From Candidatus Latescibacterota bacterium (GTDB lineage Bacteria > Latescibacterota > UBA2968 > GCA-2709665): a stretch of 64,000 nucleotides of DNA. Below the pieces are notes generated by a model. It searched no databases. It was given only the letters and a program-made list of their open reading frames with translations, and was not told the origin of the DNA. The stretch spans positions 64,001 to 128,000 of the forward strand of contig CAXXXF010000015.1 in NCBI GenBank assembly GCA_963667175.2, read 5' to 3'. Below are positions 1-9,914 of this stretch, in pieces. Position numbers and translations under genes: made by a program. The first letter of the stretch is position 1. Each line of letters begins with the position of its first letter.

Positions 1-7
1 CAAGGAG

Positions 8-1186
8 ATGTCCGCGTTCTTAAACTTGGAGGGGGGCGTCATCCTTCTTGGTGTAGAAAAAGACGGGCGAATCTCCGGTTTAACTAGAGGGCGCGAGGCT
101 GCGGAAGAGTGGGTCATGAACATTGCCCGGAACAACCTTCAACCTCCAACGATCCCGGTCTGGACTTCTACAGTGATGGAGGATGGCAGCATCGTCGGTA
201 TTGTCGAACTCCCAGCCGACAGTCCAGCCAAGCCGCACAAGGCCAAACGCGGAAAAGCTTGGGTCACATATGTCCGAGTCGGAAGCGTGTCGAGAGAAGC
301 AACTCGAGAGGAAGAAGGCCGGCTATACCAAACTGCCAAGCTGGTCCGTTACGAATTAAAGGCCGTGGCAGATATGGGACTGGAAAGCTTGGACATCGGC
401 CGGATTGAGAACTACCTACGTGATGTTCTGAAGCGATCAGTGCCTAGCCGGTCCGACGTCGAAAGCTGGCGGCGCCTTCTCCGCAACTCCGACTTGCTGG
501 CAGCCCTTGGGAACAGCGATAACGCGTCAGTCGCGGGCCTCCTACTTTTTGGCGTGAACCCGAACCGCCGTCTGCCGCAGGCGGGTGTGACCGCGGCGGC
601 GTTTCCCACTACTGAGAAGGACTACAACATGGTCGATGAGGAGCGAATCCGTGGACCGCTGGCGCCAATAGTCTCCAGGTATGGGGGCGTAGTCGACGGA
701 GGCGTCATCGACCGCACAATTGATTTCGTAAAACGTAACATGGGAAGCGTGACCAAGCTCGACGGCGCACGGCGACGTCGAAAAAGAGCTTACCCTCTTG
801 ACGCGGTGCGAGAAGCAGTCGTTAACGCCGTAGCGCATCGAGACTATGCGCGAGAAGGGACCGATATCGAGGTTTCTCTGTACTCGGATCGACTCGAAGT
901 CATTTCACCCGGAAGGCTGCCAAATGGCGTCACGGTAGAGAAGATGAAAGAAGGTATCGTTCGGGTAGCCCGCAACGAACTGCTTAAGGAGATTCTCCGC
1001 GACTACCGCTACGTCGAACACCAGGGAATGGGGGTCCGCAACCGGATCATCGAATCGATGTGGCTGCATAACCGCACGGAACCGGACCTCGACGAGCAAG
1101 ACGATCGCTTCGTTGTTCGGCTTTGGAAGGAGCACGGACAAGCAGGTGCGGAAAGAGAACCACCGTCGGCGTCCGCGGCAGGCTAG
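8..1186 (+). CDS. AlbA_2 (Schlafen-like) DNA-binding + RecG-C/HATPase_c_4 domain protein, probably 5'-truncated by the window edge
   Basis: SAFLNLEGGVILLGV, REAVVNAVAHRDY, DRLEVISPG, RNELL and GMGV motifs. Confidence 0.85.
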   Translation: MSAFLNLEGGVILLGVEKDGRISGLTRGREAAEEWVMNIARNNLQPPTIPVWTSTVMEDGSIVGIVELPADSPAKPHKAKRGKAWVTYVRVGSVSREATREEEGRLYQTAKLVRYELKAVADMGLESLDIGRIENYLRDVLKRSVPSRSDVESWRRLLRNSDLLAALGNSDNASVAGLLLFGVNPNRRLPQAGVTAAAFPTTEKDYNMVDEERIRGPLAPIVSRYGGVVDGGVIDRTIDFVKRNMGSVTKLDGARRRRKRAYPLDAVREAVVNAVAHRDYAREGTDIEVSLYSDRLEVISPGRLPNGVTVEKMKEGIVRVARNELLKEILRDYRYVEHQGMGVRNRIIESMWLHNRTEPDLDEQDDRFVVRLWKEHGQAGAEREPPSASAAG

Positions 1187-1211
1187 TTGACGTGGGACTC
1201 GGAGAATTGAA

Positions 1212-1607
1212 ATGTCCGGTCGCAAAATACGGGTTCTGATTGCGAAGGTGGGCCTGGACGGGCACGACCGCGGCGCGAAGGTGGTCGCGCGCGCCCTGCG
1301 GGACGCGGGGATGGAGGTTATCTACACGGGTCTGCACCGAACACCTGATGAGGTGGTGAACACCGCGATGCAGGAAGACGTGGACGTGCTGGGGATCAGC
1401 TCTCTCTCAGGAGCCCATCTGACGATCTTTCCGAAGGTGATGGACCTCCTCAGGGAGCGGGGCGCGGACGAAATTCTGGTGGTTGGCGGCGGCATCGTTT
1501 CTCCGGCGGACCGGGAGGCCCTCGAAGCGAAAGGGCTGGCGTTCTTCTGGGGACCCGGGACCCATACAGGCGATATCATCGCGTGTCTCCGGGAAGCCGT
1601 GAAATGA
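1212..1607 (+). CDS. Cobalamin-binding small subunit of an acyl-CoA (methylmalonyl-CoA-type) mutase
   Basis: GLDGHDRGAKV DxHxxG motif, SSLSGAH; GGAGA RBS. Confidence 0.92.
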   Translation: MSGRKIRVLIAKVGLDGHDRGAKVVARALRDAGMEVIYTGLHRTPDEVVNTAMQEDVDVLGISSLSGAHLTIFPKVMDLLRERGADEILVVGGGIVSPADREALEAKGLAFFWGPGTHTGDIIACLREAVK

Positions 1608-2536
1608 GAGATCTGGCCGGACGGGTGCTGAAGGGTGACGTCCGCGCCGCGGCGCGCGCCATTTCGCTCATCGAGCGACGGGAAGACAATGTGTCGCCCC
1701 TTCTTGCGGCCCTGTACCCTTCAACGGGCGGCGCGTACCGGATCGGCATCACCGGACCGCCCGGCGCGGGCAAGAGTACGCTTGCGGCGTGTCTCGCAAC
1801 GCGCTTTCGGGAAGCCGGAAGGGCGGTGGGCATTCTGGCCGTGGATATCGCCAGCCCGTTTTCCGGCGGCGCCCTGCTGGGCGATCGGATCCGGATGCAG
1901 ACGCAGTCGCGCGATCCGTCGGTGTTTATTCGAAGCATGGGGAACGAGGGTCTGCCGGGCGGGCTGTGCCGCGCGGCGCGCGACGCGATGCGGGTGATGG
2001 AAGCGATGGGGAAGGACGTGGTACTCGTCGAGACGGCGGGGGTCGGGCAGACCGACGTGGATGTGACCTGGTGTGTCGATGCCGTCGTGCTGACCCTCGT
2101 GCCGGAGGCGGGCGACGAAATCCAGGTGATGAAAGCGGGCGTGATGGAAATTGCGGACGTGATTGCCCTGAATAAGTCCGACCGTCCCGGTGCGTCCGGA
2201 TTGGCGGGAGAGCTCGCCGAATCCCTTCACGCCCGCGGCGAGGTCGATGGCTGGGAAACGCGGCTCGTTCGCACGGTGGGCACGCGCGGCAACGGCGTCG
2301 GCGAGCTGTACGAAGCGCTCCGGGAATACTCGTGTCACCTGAAAGCGGAAGACAGGCTGGCGGTTCTGCGGGAGCGGCAGATCCGGCGTGAGGTAAAGGA
2401 GCGCGTCGAGGCGCTGCTCGGTCTCCGATTTAGTGCAGCACTGTCGCGGGAGTCTCTTGACAGGGCGGCGGCAGACATCCGGGCCGGGGAGGACGATCCT
2501 TACACCGCTGCCGATCGTCTGTTACGTGAATTCTGA
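1604..2536 (+). CDS. meaB: Mutase-associated GTPase MeaB/ArgK
   Basis: GITGPPGAGKST, SGGALLGDRIRM, VETAGVGQ, NKSD; ATGA overlap with the upstream gene. Confidence 0.92.
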   Translation: MRDLAGRVLKGDVRAAARAISLIERREDNVSPLLAALYPSTGGAYRIGITGPPGAGKSTLAACLATRFREAGRAVGILAVDIASPFSGGALLGDRIRMQTQSRDPSVFIRSMGNEGLPGGLCRAARDAMRVMEAMGKDVVLVETAGVGQTDVDVTWCVDAVVLTLVPEAGDEIQVMKAGVMEIADVIALNKSDRPGASGLAGELAESLHARGEVDGWETRLVRTVGTRGNGVGELYEALREYSCHLKAEDRLAVLRERQIRREVKERVEALLGLRFSAALSRESLDRAAADIRAGEDDPYTAADRLLREF

Positions 2537-2746
2537 TCGCCTGACGGACGGAATCGCCAGACGCGCCCGGTCGACCTATCAGGTCGGATGTCCACCGAGG
2601 AAGTAAGAATGAGGCTGCCGGAGCAGCAGCGGTCGAGATCAGAAGAGATTCGTAATCCGAAGTGCCTACCAGATGGAACTTTGTGATGAGACGATGGGAC
2701 ATTACCGGCACGCAAATCTGGGAGTTCAGAAAAGGTAGAAGGATTG

Positions 2747-3705
2747 ATGGCCATCAACAGAGATAAACCGGACCGGTGGAAAGAGGACATTGCGCAGTCG
2801 GTGGACATGTTCAACGACTGGTTTATGCGATTTGCACCGGCGGCTTACCGTTCTTCACGGACGCAAACCGCTAAGGACGTCGAGGCGACCCTTGAAGCGA
2901 CGAAGAACTTAACGTACGTCGGAGTGGAACTGCTGAGATCGAAACCGTCGGTGTTGCCGTCATTACGCATGTCGACGTGCCCGCCCTTGGCCGTGGACCG
3001 GCTGATCGGCCTTGCCGGCGTCTCTAAGAACCTGGTCAGGTCGATGGAAAAGGATAAGAGACTCCCACCGCGAATGCCGGGTCGGAAGCTGAACAGCGAG
3101 CTTGAGAAGATTGCAAGGGTCATCGAGAAGATGGCTGATCCGGATGTCTTTGTTTGGTTAGAACGTAGGGACAATCCGTCCGAACAGGAATTCTACCGGG
3201 CGGCGACTATCGTGGCTGATCGCTTGTGCGGAGCCGTTGCCAATCCAATCATCCGAAATGCGCAGGAAAAACGTCAGCTTGCCGCGATAGACAAATGGTT
3301 AAATGCACTCAGGTATGAAAACCTGCCGACGGGTAGTGGTACGAAGTATGACGCCATGCGTCCTGGAACGTACTCGTTCCGGCTAAATGTGCCGGTTGAG
3401 CAGGAAGGGATCGGAGAGACGATCAATATTCCTGTGGACGCGGTTGTGAAGCCCAAAGGGGCGAAGACAGCGGACTTACCAATACTGATTGAAGCAAAAT
3501 CGGCGGGTGATTTCACGAATGTCAACAAGCGACGTAAAGAAGAAGCGACCAAGATGAACCAACTGCGCCAGACCGGAACAACGTGCGCTACATTCTGTTT
3601 TTGTGCGGGTATTTTGATAGCGGCTATCTCGGCTATGAGGCGGCGGAAGGCATTGACTGGGTCTGGGAGCATCGTATCAACGACCTCGGCGAGCTTGGAT
3701 TGTAG
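2747..3705 (+). pseudogene. XamI-family type II restriction endonuclease, frameshifted near 3575
   Basis: IEAKSAGDFTNVNKRRKEE; the family-like C-terminus ILFLCGYFDSGYLGYEAAEGIDWVWEHRI is in another frame and ends at TAG 3703-3705. Confidence 0.85.
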
Positions 3706-3708
3706 ATT

Positions 3709-5307
3709 ATGAATATGGCGGTTGCAGGATTAGAGACTCGGCGGCTGGCACTTCAGGAAGAACTGGATGCGAGAAGAGACGCAGCCGTACGAAACAGAAT
3801 GGGGCAGTTCGCTACACCAACCAGCCTTGCTGTCGATATTCAGCGATACGCGAAGGCGCGTCTCAGCAAGAACGAGAGATTGCGTTTCATCGACCCGGCT
3901 ATCGGGACTGGCGCTTTCTATTCGGCGTTGCTGCACGCGTTTTCCCAAGCCCGTATCGACGCTGCCATTGGATATGAGATAGATCCGCATTACGGCAGGC
4001 CGGCAACGACGCTGTGGGGCAAGACGGGTCTGGAAATCATGTTGGAAGACTTCACGCGGGCCGATGCGCCAGAGGCTTCCGATCGGTTCAACCTGCTGAT
4101 CTGTAATCCGCCCTACGTGCGGCACCACCATATTGACAGTGAGGAGAAAAAGCTGTTAAGGTCGCGCGCGCAAGCAGCTTCCGGCGTGAAAATTAACGGT
4201 CTGGCCGGGCTTTATTGCTATTTCCTGTGCATAAGTCATATGTGGATGACCGGCGGCGGGCTGGCTGGCTGGTTGATCCCCAGCGAATTCATGGACGTGA
4301 AGTACGGGGTAGCGGTGAAGCGCTACCTGCTCGACAAAGTGACGCTTCATCACATTCACCGCTTCGATCCGAATGACGTGCAATTCTGCGATGCACTTGT
4401 GTCGTCGGCTGTGGTGTGGTTCCGGAACGAACCTCCTCGACCACAGCATCAAGTTCGGTTCACCTATGGCGGAACACTAGAACAACCGGTGTTGGATCGA
4501 TTGATTCCTCTCGAGACTTTGCGTCGTGAGCCAAAATGGACACGTTATCCTAAGAGCCAGAACCATGAAGCAGTCGATGGACCGGTGCTGGGTGACTTTT
4601 TCAAGATAAAGCGGGGTTTGGCTACGGGTAACAACAGCTATTTCATCCTGTCAGCAGAGCAGATCCATCAGCGCCAGCTGCCTATGGATGCATTCAAGCC
4701 AATCCTTCCTAGCCCGAGATATGTGCCTGAGGACGAAGTCGAGGGCGATCGAATGGGAAATCCGCTTCTCAAACTGCGATTGTTCCTGCTCGATCCACCG
4801 TGGATGGAGAGCGAAATCAAGAAACGCTATCCGAGTCTTTGGACATATCTGGAGGAAGGCAAGGCGGAGGGCGTTAATGATCGCTATATCTGTCGGCATC
4901 GTGCGCTGTGGTACAGGCAGGAATACCGGCCGCCGGCTCCGTACGTCTGTACCTATCTGGGCCGAAGCGACAGGAAGAGCGGAAGGCCGTTTCGTTTCAT
5001 ATTGAACAATTCCAAGGCAACGGCAGCAAACGTGTATTTGATGTTGTACCCGAAGGAACCCTTAAATCGCGCCATCCAGGAAATGCCCATACTGAAGCGA
5101 CAGGTGTGGGAGTTCCTGAACGAAATCTCTCCAGGGGTGATGCTCGGGGAGGGTCGCGTCTACGGAGGCGGACTGCATAAGCTGGAGCCAAAGGAGTTGG
5201 CAAATGTCCCCGCGAATTCTGTTGCCGAGTTGTTTCCCGAGTGGGCCGCACGGCGCCGGGCAAAGCAAGCTGATCTATTTGACGTAAAGACCCCGCAGAG
5301 GCTGTAA
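3709..5307 (+). CDS. N6-adenine DNA methyltransferase (gamma/Eco57I-like), cognate of the XamI-type nuclease
   Basis: GQFATP, DPAIGTG (motif I), NPPY (motif IV), GRVYGGGLHKLEPKEL. Confidence 0.9.
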   Translation: MNMAVAGLETRRLALQEELDARRDAAVRNRMGQFATPTSLAVDIQRYAKARLSKNERLRFIDPAIGTGAFYSALLHAFSQARIDAAIGYEIDPHYGRPATTLWGKTGLEIMLEDFTRADAPEASDRFNLLICNPPYVRHHHIDSEEKKLLRSRAQAASGVKINGLAGLYCYFLCISHMWMTGGGLAGWLIPSEFMDVKYGVAVKRYLLDKVTLHHIHRFDPNDVQFCDALVSSAVVWFRNEPPRPQHQVRFTYGGTLEQPVLDRLIPLETLRREPKWTRYPKSQNHEAVDGPVLGDFFKIKRGLATGNNSYFILSAEQIHQRQLPMDAFKPILPSPRYVPEDEVEGDRMGNPLLKLRLFLLDPPWMESEIKKRYPSLWTYLEEGKAEGVNDRYICRHRALWYRQEYRPPAPYVCTYLGRSDRKSGRPFRFILNNSKATAANVYLMLYPKEPLNRAIQEMPILKRQVWEFLNEISPGVMLGEGRVYGGGLHKLEPKELANVPANSVAELFPEWAARRRAKQADLFDVKTPQRL

Positions 5308-5477
5308 TCGCCAGATGCAAGAGATGATGAGTGCAGCTTTCGAATAATTGGAGCATTGCAATGGCTCTCAAGGCCTTAGTCTCGCCAATTATTCGGCCAT
5401 TCTGTGCGTGGTGTTCCGGTACTTGGTAGAGAGCCTTTCCCCCACCGAACCATCGGAAGACGGCGAGGACCGCGGGC

Positions 5478-6434
5478 ATGGGTTTCTGGACCGACAAAAG
5501 GGTCGCGGTGACCGGCGGCGCCGGCTTTCTGGGGCGGCACGTCGTACGGAAACTGCGCGATCGGGGCTGCCGTCGGGTATTCGCGCCGCGTCGCCGGGAC
5601 CACGACCTGCGGGCGCAGGATGACGTACGCCGCCTGTATGAGACGACGCGGCCCGACCTGGTGATTCACCTGGCGGGTTCCGTTGGCGGCATTGGCGCCA
5701 ATCAGCGGTATCCGGGCCGTTTTTTCTACGACAATCTGGCCATGGGCGCGCATCTGCTCGAAGGCGCCCGCAGATTCGAAGTACCCAAGTTCGTGGGGAT
5801 CGGATCGGTATGCGCCTATCCGAAGTCCACGCCGGTCCCCTTCAGGGAGGAGAACCTGTGGGACGGGTATCCGGAAGAGACGAACGCGGCCTATGGCCTG
5901 GCCAAGAAGATGATGCTGGTGCAGAGCCAGGCCTACCGGGCGGAATACGGCTACAACGCGATTCATCTGCTTCTTTCCAACCTCTATGGACCGGGAGAAA
6001 ACCTGGATCCGGAGACGTCCCACGGACTCGCGTCCATGGTGCGAAAGTTCGCGGATGCCCGGAATCTCGGACGAGGCCACGTCACCCTGTGGGGAGACGG
6101 TTCGCCTACGCGTGAGTTTCTGTACGTCGAGGACGCCGCAGAGGGCGTATTGCTTGCGTCTGAGCGATACGATCTGCCCGAACCGGTCAACCTGGGTTCG
6201 GGAGTGGAGATCTCAATCCGCGACCTCGCCGGGAAGATCCGGAATCTCACCGGATTCACCGGCCGGGTTCGTTGGGATACGACCCGGCCGAACGGGCAGC
6301 CTCGGCGATGCGTGGACGTGACGCGGGCGAAGCGGCATTTCGGATTTGAAGCCGCCACCTCTCTGGAGGAAGGGCTTCGCCGCATGATTTCGTGGTACGA
6401 GAAGCAGCCGCTACGCGAATCTCCGAAAGCTTGA
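5478..6434 (+). CDS. GDP-L-fucose synthase family epimerase/reductase (Fcl/ColC-like)
   Basis: TGGAGFLG, VGGIGAN, SVCAYP, YGLAK, WGDGSPTREF. Confidence 0.88.
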   Translation: MGFWTDKRVAVTGGAGFLGRHVVRKLRDRGCRRVFAPRRRDHDLRAQDDVRRLYETTRPDLVIHLAGSVGGIGANQRYPGRFFYDNLAMGAHLLEGARRFEVPKFVGIGSVCAYPKSTPVPFREENLWDGYPEETNAAYGLAKKMMLVQSQAYRAEYGYNAIHLLLSNLYGPGENLDPETSHGLASMVRKFADARNLGRGHVTLWGDGSPTREFLYVEDAAEGVLLASERYDLPEPVNLGSGVEISIRDLAGKIRNLTGFTGRVRWDTTRPNGQPRRCVDVTRAKRHFGFEAATSLEEGLRRMISWYEKQPLRESPKA

Positions 6435-6447
6435 AAGCGGGTTCGAA

Positions 6448-7653
6448 GTGCCGGAAGATCGTGATAACCGGCTGCCGCTAATCGGCGTCGGTACGTTGAG
6501 GGTCAGTCCACGGGCCAGGGCGCTGGTAAACCGGGTTCTGGACAGCAACCGGCTGTCTTACGGTCCGATGACACAGGCGTTCGAGGCAGGATTCGCACGC
6601 GCCCACGGGTGTCGGTTCGGCGTGATGAGCAACAGCGGGACGAGCGCCCTGCTGGTCGCTCTGGCCGCGCTGAAGGAATTGCATGGGTGGGAAGACGGGG
6701 ACGAAGTGATCCTGCCCGCGGTGACGTTCGCTGTTACGGCAAATATCGTCTTCCACGGACGGATGCGTCCGGTGGTGGTGGACGTCGACCCACGCCACTA
6801 CGAATTGGACCCGGAAAAGATCGAGGCTGCGGTCACGCCTCGCACAAGGGCGATCATTCCCGTCCACGTCTTCGGACAGCCGTGCGACATGGACCCTGTC
6901 CTCGAACTTGCGCGGCGGTACGGTCTCCGGGTCATCGAAGATTCGGCCGAGACCATGTTCGCGGGATACAAGGGCCGCAGCGTCGGAAGTCTCGGCGAAA
7001 TCGGGTGTTTTTCCACGTATGCGGCGCACCTGCTGACAACGGGAGTGGGCGGATTGAATACGACCGACGATCCCGGATATGCGCAAAAGCTGAGATCTCT
7101 GATCAACCACGGGCGGGATTCGACGTACCTGAATATCGACGACGACAGGAAATCGCCGGAGGAACTGCGCGAGATCGTCGCCCGGCGATTCTCTTTCGTC
7201 AGTCTCGGCTACAGTTTCCGATTGACCGAGATGGAGGCCGCTCTTGGCCTCGCGCAGCTCGAGGTCGCGACAGAGATGATCGCCAGCCGGCGGAAGAATG
7301 CCGCCTATCTGACACGGGGTCTGTCCGAACACGAAGCGCTTCTGCAGCTTCCCCGGATTCGACCGGGGTGCGAACATTCATTCATGATGTATCCGATTGT
7401 ACTGAGCGACCGGAAAAAGGACGCATTGGTGAATTTCCTGGAACAGAACGGGGTTGAGACGCGCGAGATGCTCCCGCTGACGAATCAGCCGCTATACCAG
7501 CGTCTGTTGGGCATCTGCGAGGCGGATTACCCCGTTGCCGAGTGGATCAACCGGAGCGGATTCTACATCGGTTGCCACCAGGACCTCACGTTAGCCGACC
7601 TGGATCGTATCGTGGAACTGTTCGGTCGTTTCTTCCGGAGCGGGGAAGCCTAG
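6448..7653 (+). CDS. DegT-fold PLP enzyme with His in place of the Schiff-base Lys (ColD-like 3-dehydratase)
   Basis: NSGTSAL, IEDSAE, FSTYAAHLLTTGVGG. Confidence 0.8.
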   Translation: MPEDRDNRLPLIGVGTLRVSPRARALVNRVLDSNRLSYGPMTQAFEAGFARAHGCRFGVMSNSGTSALLVALAALKELHGWEDGDEVILPAVTFAVTANIVFHGRMRPVVVDVDPRHYELDPEKIEAAVTPRTRAIIPVHVFGQPCDMDPVLELARRYGLRVIEDSAETMFAGYKGRSVGSLGEIGCFSTYAAHLLTTGVGGLNTTDDPGYAQKLRSLINHGRDSTYLNIDDDRKSPEELREIVARRFSFVSLGYSFRLTEMEAALGLAQLEVATEMIASRRKNAAYLTRGLSEHEALLQLPRIRPGCEHSFMMYPIVLSDRKKDALVNFLEQNGVETREMLPLTNQPLYQRLLGICEADYPVAEWINRSGFYIGCHQDLTLADLDRIVELFGRFFRSGEA

Positions 7654-7754
7654 TGTCCCGGCGCCCGCGTTTCGCTTTTCGTTCCTTGTGAATTGACTGC
7701 CCTTTGCCGACCCTTCGACAGGCTCAGGGAGCGGCTCAGGGTCCGGGGTGGACG

Positions 7755-8459
7755 ATGGCAAGGCGAACGCTCGTTCTGCTTACGCTCGATGAGGTCGACG
7801 GCGTACGCCGGCTGTTCTCGGCCGGTCCGGATCTGTCCCGGATGGCCGACGAAGTGTTCGCCGTGGACGGCGGGTCAACGGACGGTACCCGGGAGGTTCT
7901 GGCGTCCCGTCAGATCCGGCTGGTCGACCAGCAACGCCCGGGGAGGGGCGAGGCGTTTCGCGCAGCGGTCCGGGCGTCGAACGGCAAGAGCCTGGTTTTC
8001 TTCAGCCCCGACGGCAATGAAGACCCGGACGATATCCCCATGCTTTTCACCGCGATCGAAAACGGCGCCGATATGGTGATTGCGTCCCGTTTCCTGTCGG
8101 GCGCCCGGAACGAGGAGGACGACGACGCGCTACCGCTGAGAAAGTGGACAAACCAGTTGTTTACCTGGATTGCCAATCGACTCTGGAATCGGGGGTCGTA
8201 CGTGACGGACACCATCAACGGGTTTCGGGGGATTACAAGGGAAGCATTCCTGAGGCTCAATCCCGGATCGATGGGTTATACGATCGAATACGAAATGACG
8301 ATCCGCGCGATGAAACAGCGAATGCGGATCGAGGAGATTCCTACGTGGGAAGGGAACCGTGTAGGCGGAGAATCGAAAGCGCCTTCGTTTCGAACGGGCG
8401 TCCGGTTCCTTCGATTCCTGATTCAGGAGATGGTCGCGGCCGACAACCGTGAAGCGTGA
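7755..8459 (+). CDS. Glycosyltransferase family 2 (DPM1-like)
   Basis: VDGGSTDGT, PDG, DMVIASRF, DTINGFR. Confidence 0.88.
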   Translation: MARRTLVLLTLDEVDGVRRLFSAGPDLSRMADEVFAVDGGSTDGTREVLASRQIRLVDQQRPGRGEAFRAAVRASNGKSLVFFSPDGNEDPDDIPMLFTAIENGADMVIASRFLSGARNEEDDDALPLRKWTNQLFTWIANRLWNRGSYVTDTINGFRGITREAFLRLNPGSMGYTIEYEMTIRAMKQRMRIEEIPTWEGNRVGGESKAPSFRTGVRFLRFLIQEMVAADNREA

Positions 8460-8575
8460 CGTTTCGAAGCGACGCCGGCGCCGGGCGTACCGACGCGTAC
8501 GGTCACAGATTGTGGGAAGGAGAAGCCGGAATCGGCCCGATGGCGCAAACCGGTCCTGCGGCCTCCCGATCGGAG

Positions 8576-9493
8576 CTATCCGGCGGCAGACGACTGCGAC
8601 TTGCCGGCTGGCGCTTTCCCGTTCTTGAGCACGTCGAGGAGTCTTCGGGCGGCCACCGAAAGGCTGCGGCCACGTTTGTGCAGGATGCCCAGGGGTCTGG
8701 TTAGCACGTCGCCCTCGATGGCGAGCGCTTTCAGGCTGCCTTCCTTGTGTTCCAGGTCGACCGAATGTTCAGGAAGAATCGAGATGCCGAGGTCGACTTC
8801 GACGGCATCCTTTATGGTATCGATATGATCGAATTCCATGACAATGTTGGGTTGAATGCGATGTTTGCGGAAGAACTGGTCGAGCGCATGCCGGGTGTGG
8901 GTCTCCTGGGAGAAGAGGATCAGCGGATGATCGCTGATGTCGTTAACCGCGACGTGGTCTTGCGCTGCAAGCGGATTCGAGGGCGGGCATGCCACCACCA
9001 TCCTGTCTTCGGAGAATGGGATGATCTTTATGTTGCGGTGGGGCCTGGGGAAGGCGACCACGCCGAAGTCGATCTCGCCGCTGGCAACGTCGTCGTAGAT
9101 GCGCGGGGTGTGGTTGTAGGCCAGCCTGAAATTGACTCTCGGGTAGGCTTTCAGGTAGGTCTTGAGGTAGGGTCCGAGTTCACGCATGCCCACACTGTAA
9201 ATGGCCGAGAGGCGAACCGTCCCCGAAACCACGCCGTCCAGAGCTTCCACGCGTTGTAACATCTCATCGTAGCGCCTGACAATGTCGCCGGCGCCCTTAT
9301 AGAATACCTCGCCCTCTTTTGTAAGGCCGATCTTGCGTTTATGCCGTTCCAGCAGCGGCTTGCCCTGGCGACTTTCGATGCTTTTGATCTGCTGGCTGAC
9401 GGCGGATTGCGTAACGCCATTGAGGACGGCCGTCTTCGAGAAACTCTGAGTGTCGATGAGGTCGCAAAAGATCTTCAGACTCTGAATCAGCAC
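8576..9493 (-). CDS. LysR-family transcriptional regulator, divergent from fumC
   Basis: HTH SFSKTAVLNGVTQSAVSQQIKSIE; GTG start after AAGGAG. Confidence 0.9.
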   Translation of the reverse strand: MLIQSLKIFCDLIDTQSFSKTAVLNGVTQSAVSQQIKSIESRQGKPLLERHKRKIGLTKEGEVFYKGAGDIVRRYDEMLQRVEALDGVVSGTVRLSAIYSVGMRELGPYLKTYLKAYPRVNFRLAYNHTPRIYDDVASGEIDFGVVAFPRPHRNIKIIPFSEDRMVVACPPSNPLAAQDHVAVNDISDHPLILFSQETHTRHALDQFFRKHRIQPNIVMEFDHIDTIKDAVEVDLGISILPEHSVDLEHKEGSLKALAIEGDVLTRPLGILHKRGRSLSVAARRLLDVLKNGKAPAGKSQSSAAG

Positions 9494-9627
9494 GTAAACG
9501 TCTCCTTCGTGAAATTTGTATCGACCGTCTGTTTCCGTTGAACCCTTGCTGGAAACGGGAAAACGGCCGAGGCGGTCTCCATGCGCGGAACACCTCGCGG
9601 CGTGTGGCGGGAATGCAAGCATTGAAA

Positions 9628-9674
9628 ATAAGCAAGCTTAATTCTAAAAGCAAGAAAATAATATATCCTGTTAT
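9628..9674. promoter_or_regulatory. Putative LysR binding boxes in the AT-rich lysR/fumC divergent region
   Basis: ATAA-N7-TAAT (T-N11-A) at 9628-9642 and ATAA...TTAT at 9658-9674. Confidence 0.45.
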
Positions 9675-9763
9675 ATTCTTCGATGGTCGCATTTGACGTA
9701 GTGGATGCGGTTGCCGTGCCCGGACTGTTTTTGTATCTTGAAGTGCCCGGCGCCGCGGCAGGA

Positions 9764-9829
9764 CCTGCCTGCCGCGCGTTGCTTGGCCTGTCTGCCGTTC
9801 CAACGGGACAGGCAGGCGCTGGCAGGCGG
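9764..9829. repeat. Nested CCTGCCTG...CAGGCAGG palindromic elements
   Basis: The 30-bp unit cctgtctgccgttccaacgggacaggcagg (9787-9816) lies inside an outer unit; its reverse complement is at 46131-46160. Confidence 0.8.
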
Positions 9830-9914
9830 GATGAATCGACGGACAAGCGGCGTCAACCTTCCGAGACGGGACACAGTACTCGCAGCGACACGCGAATCTT
9901 GAGGAGAAGGAGAG

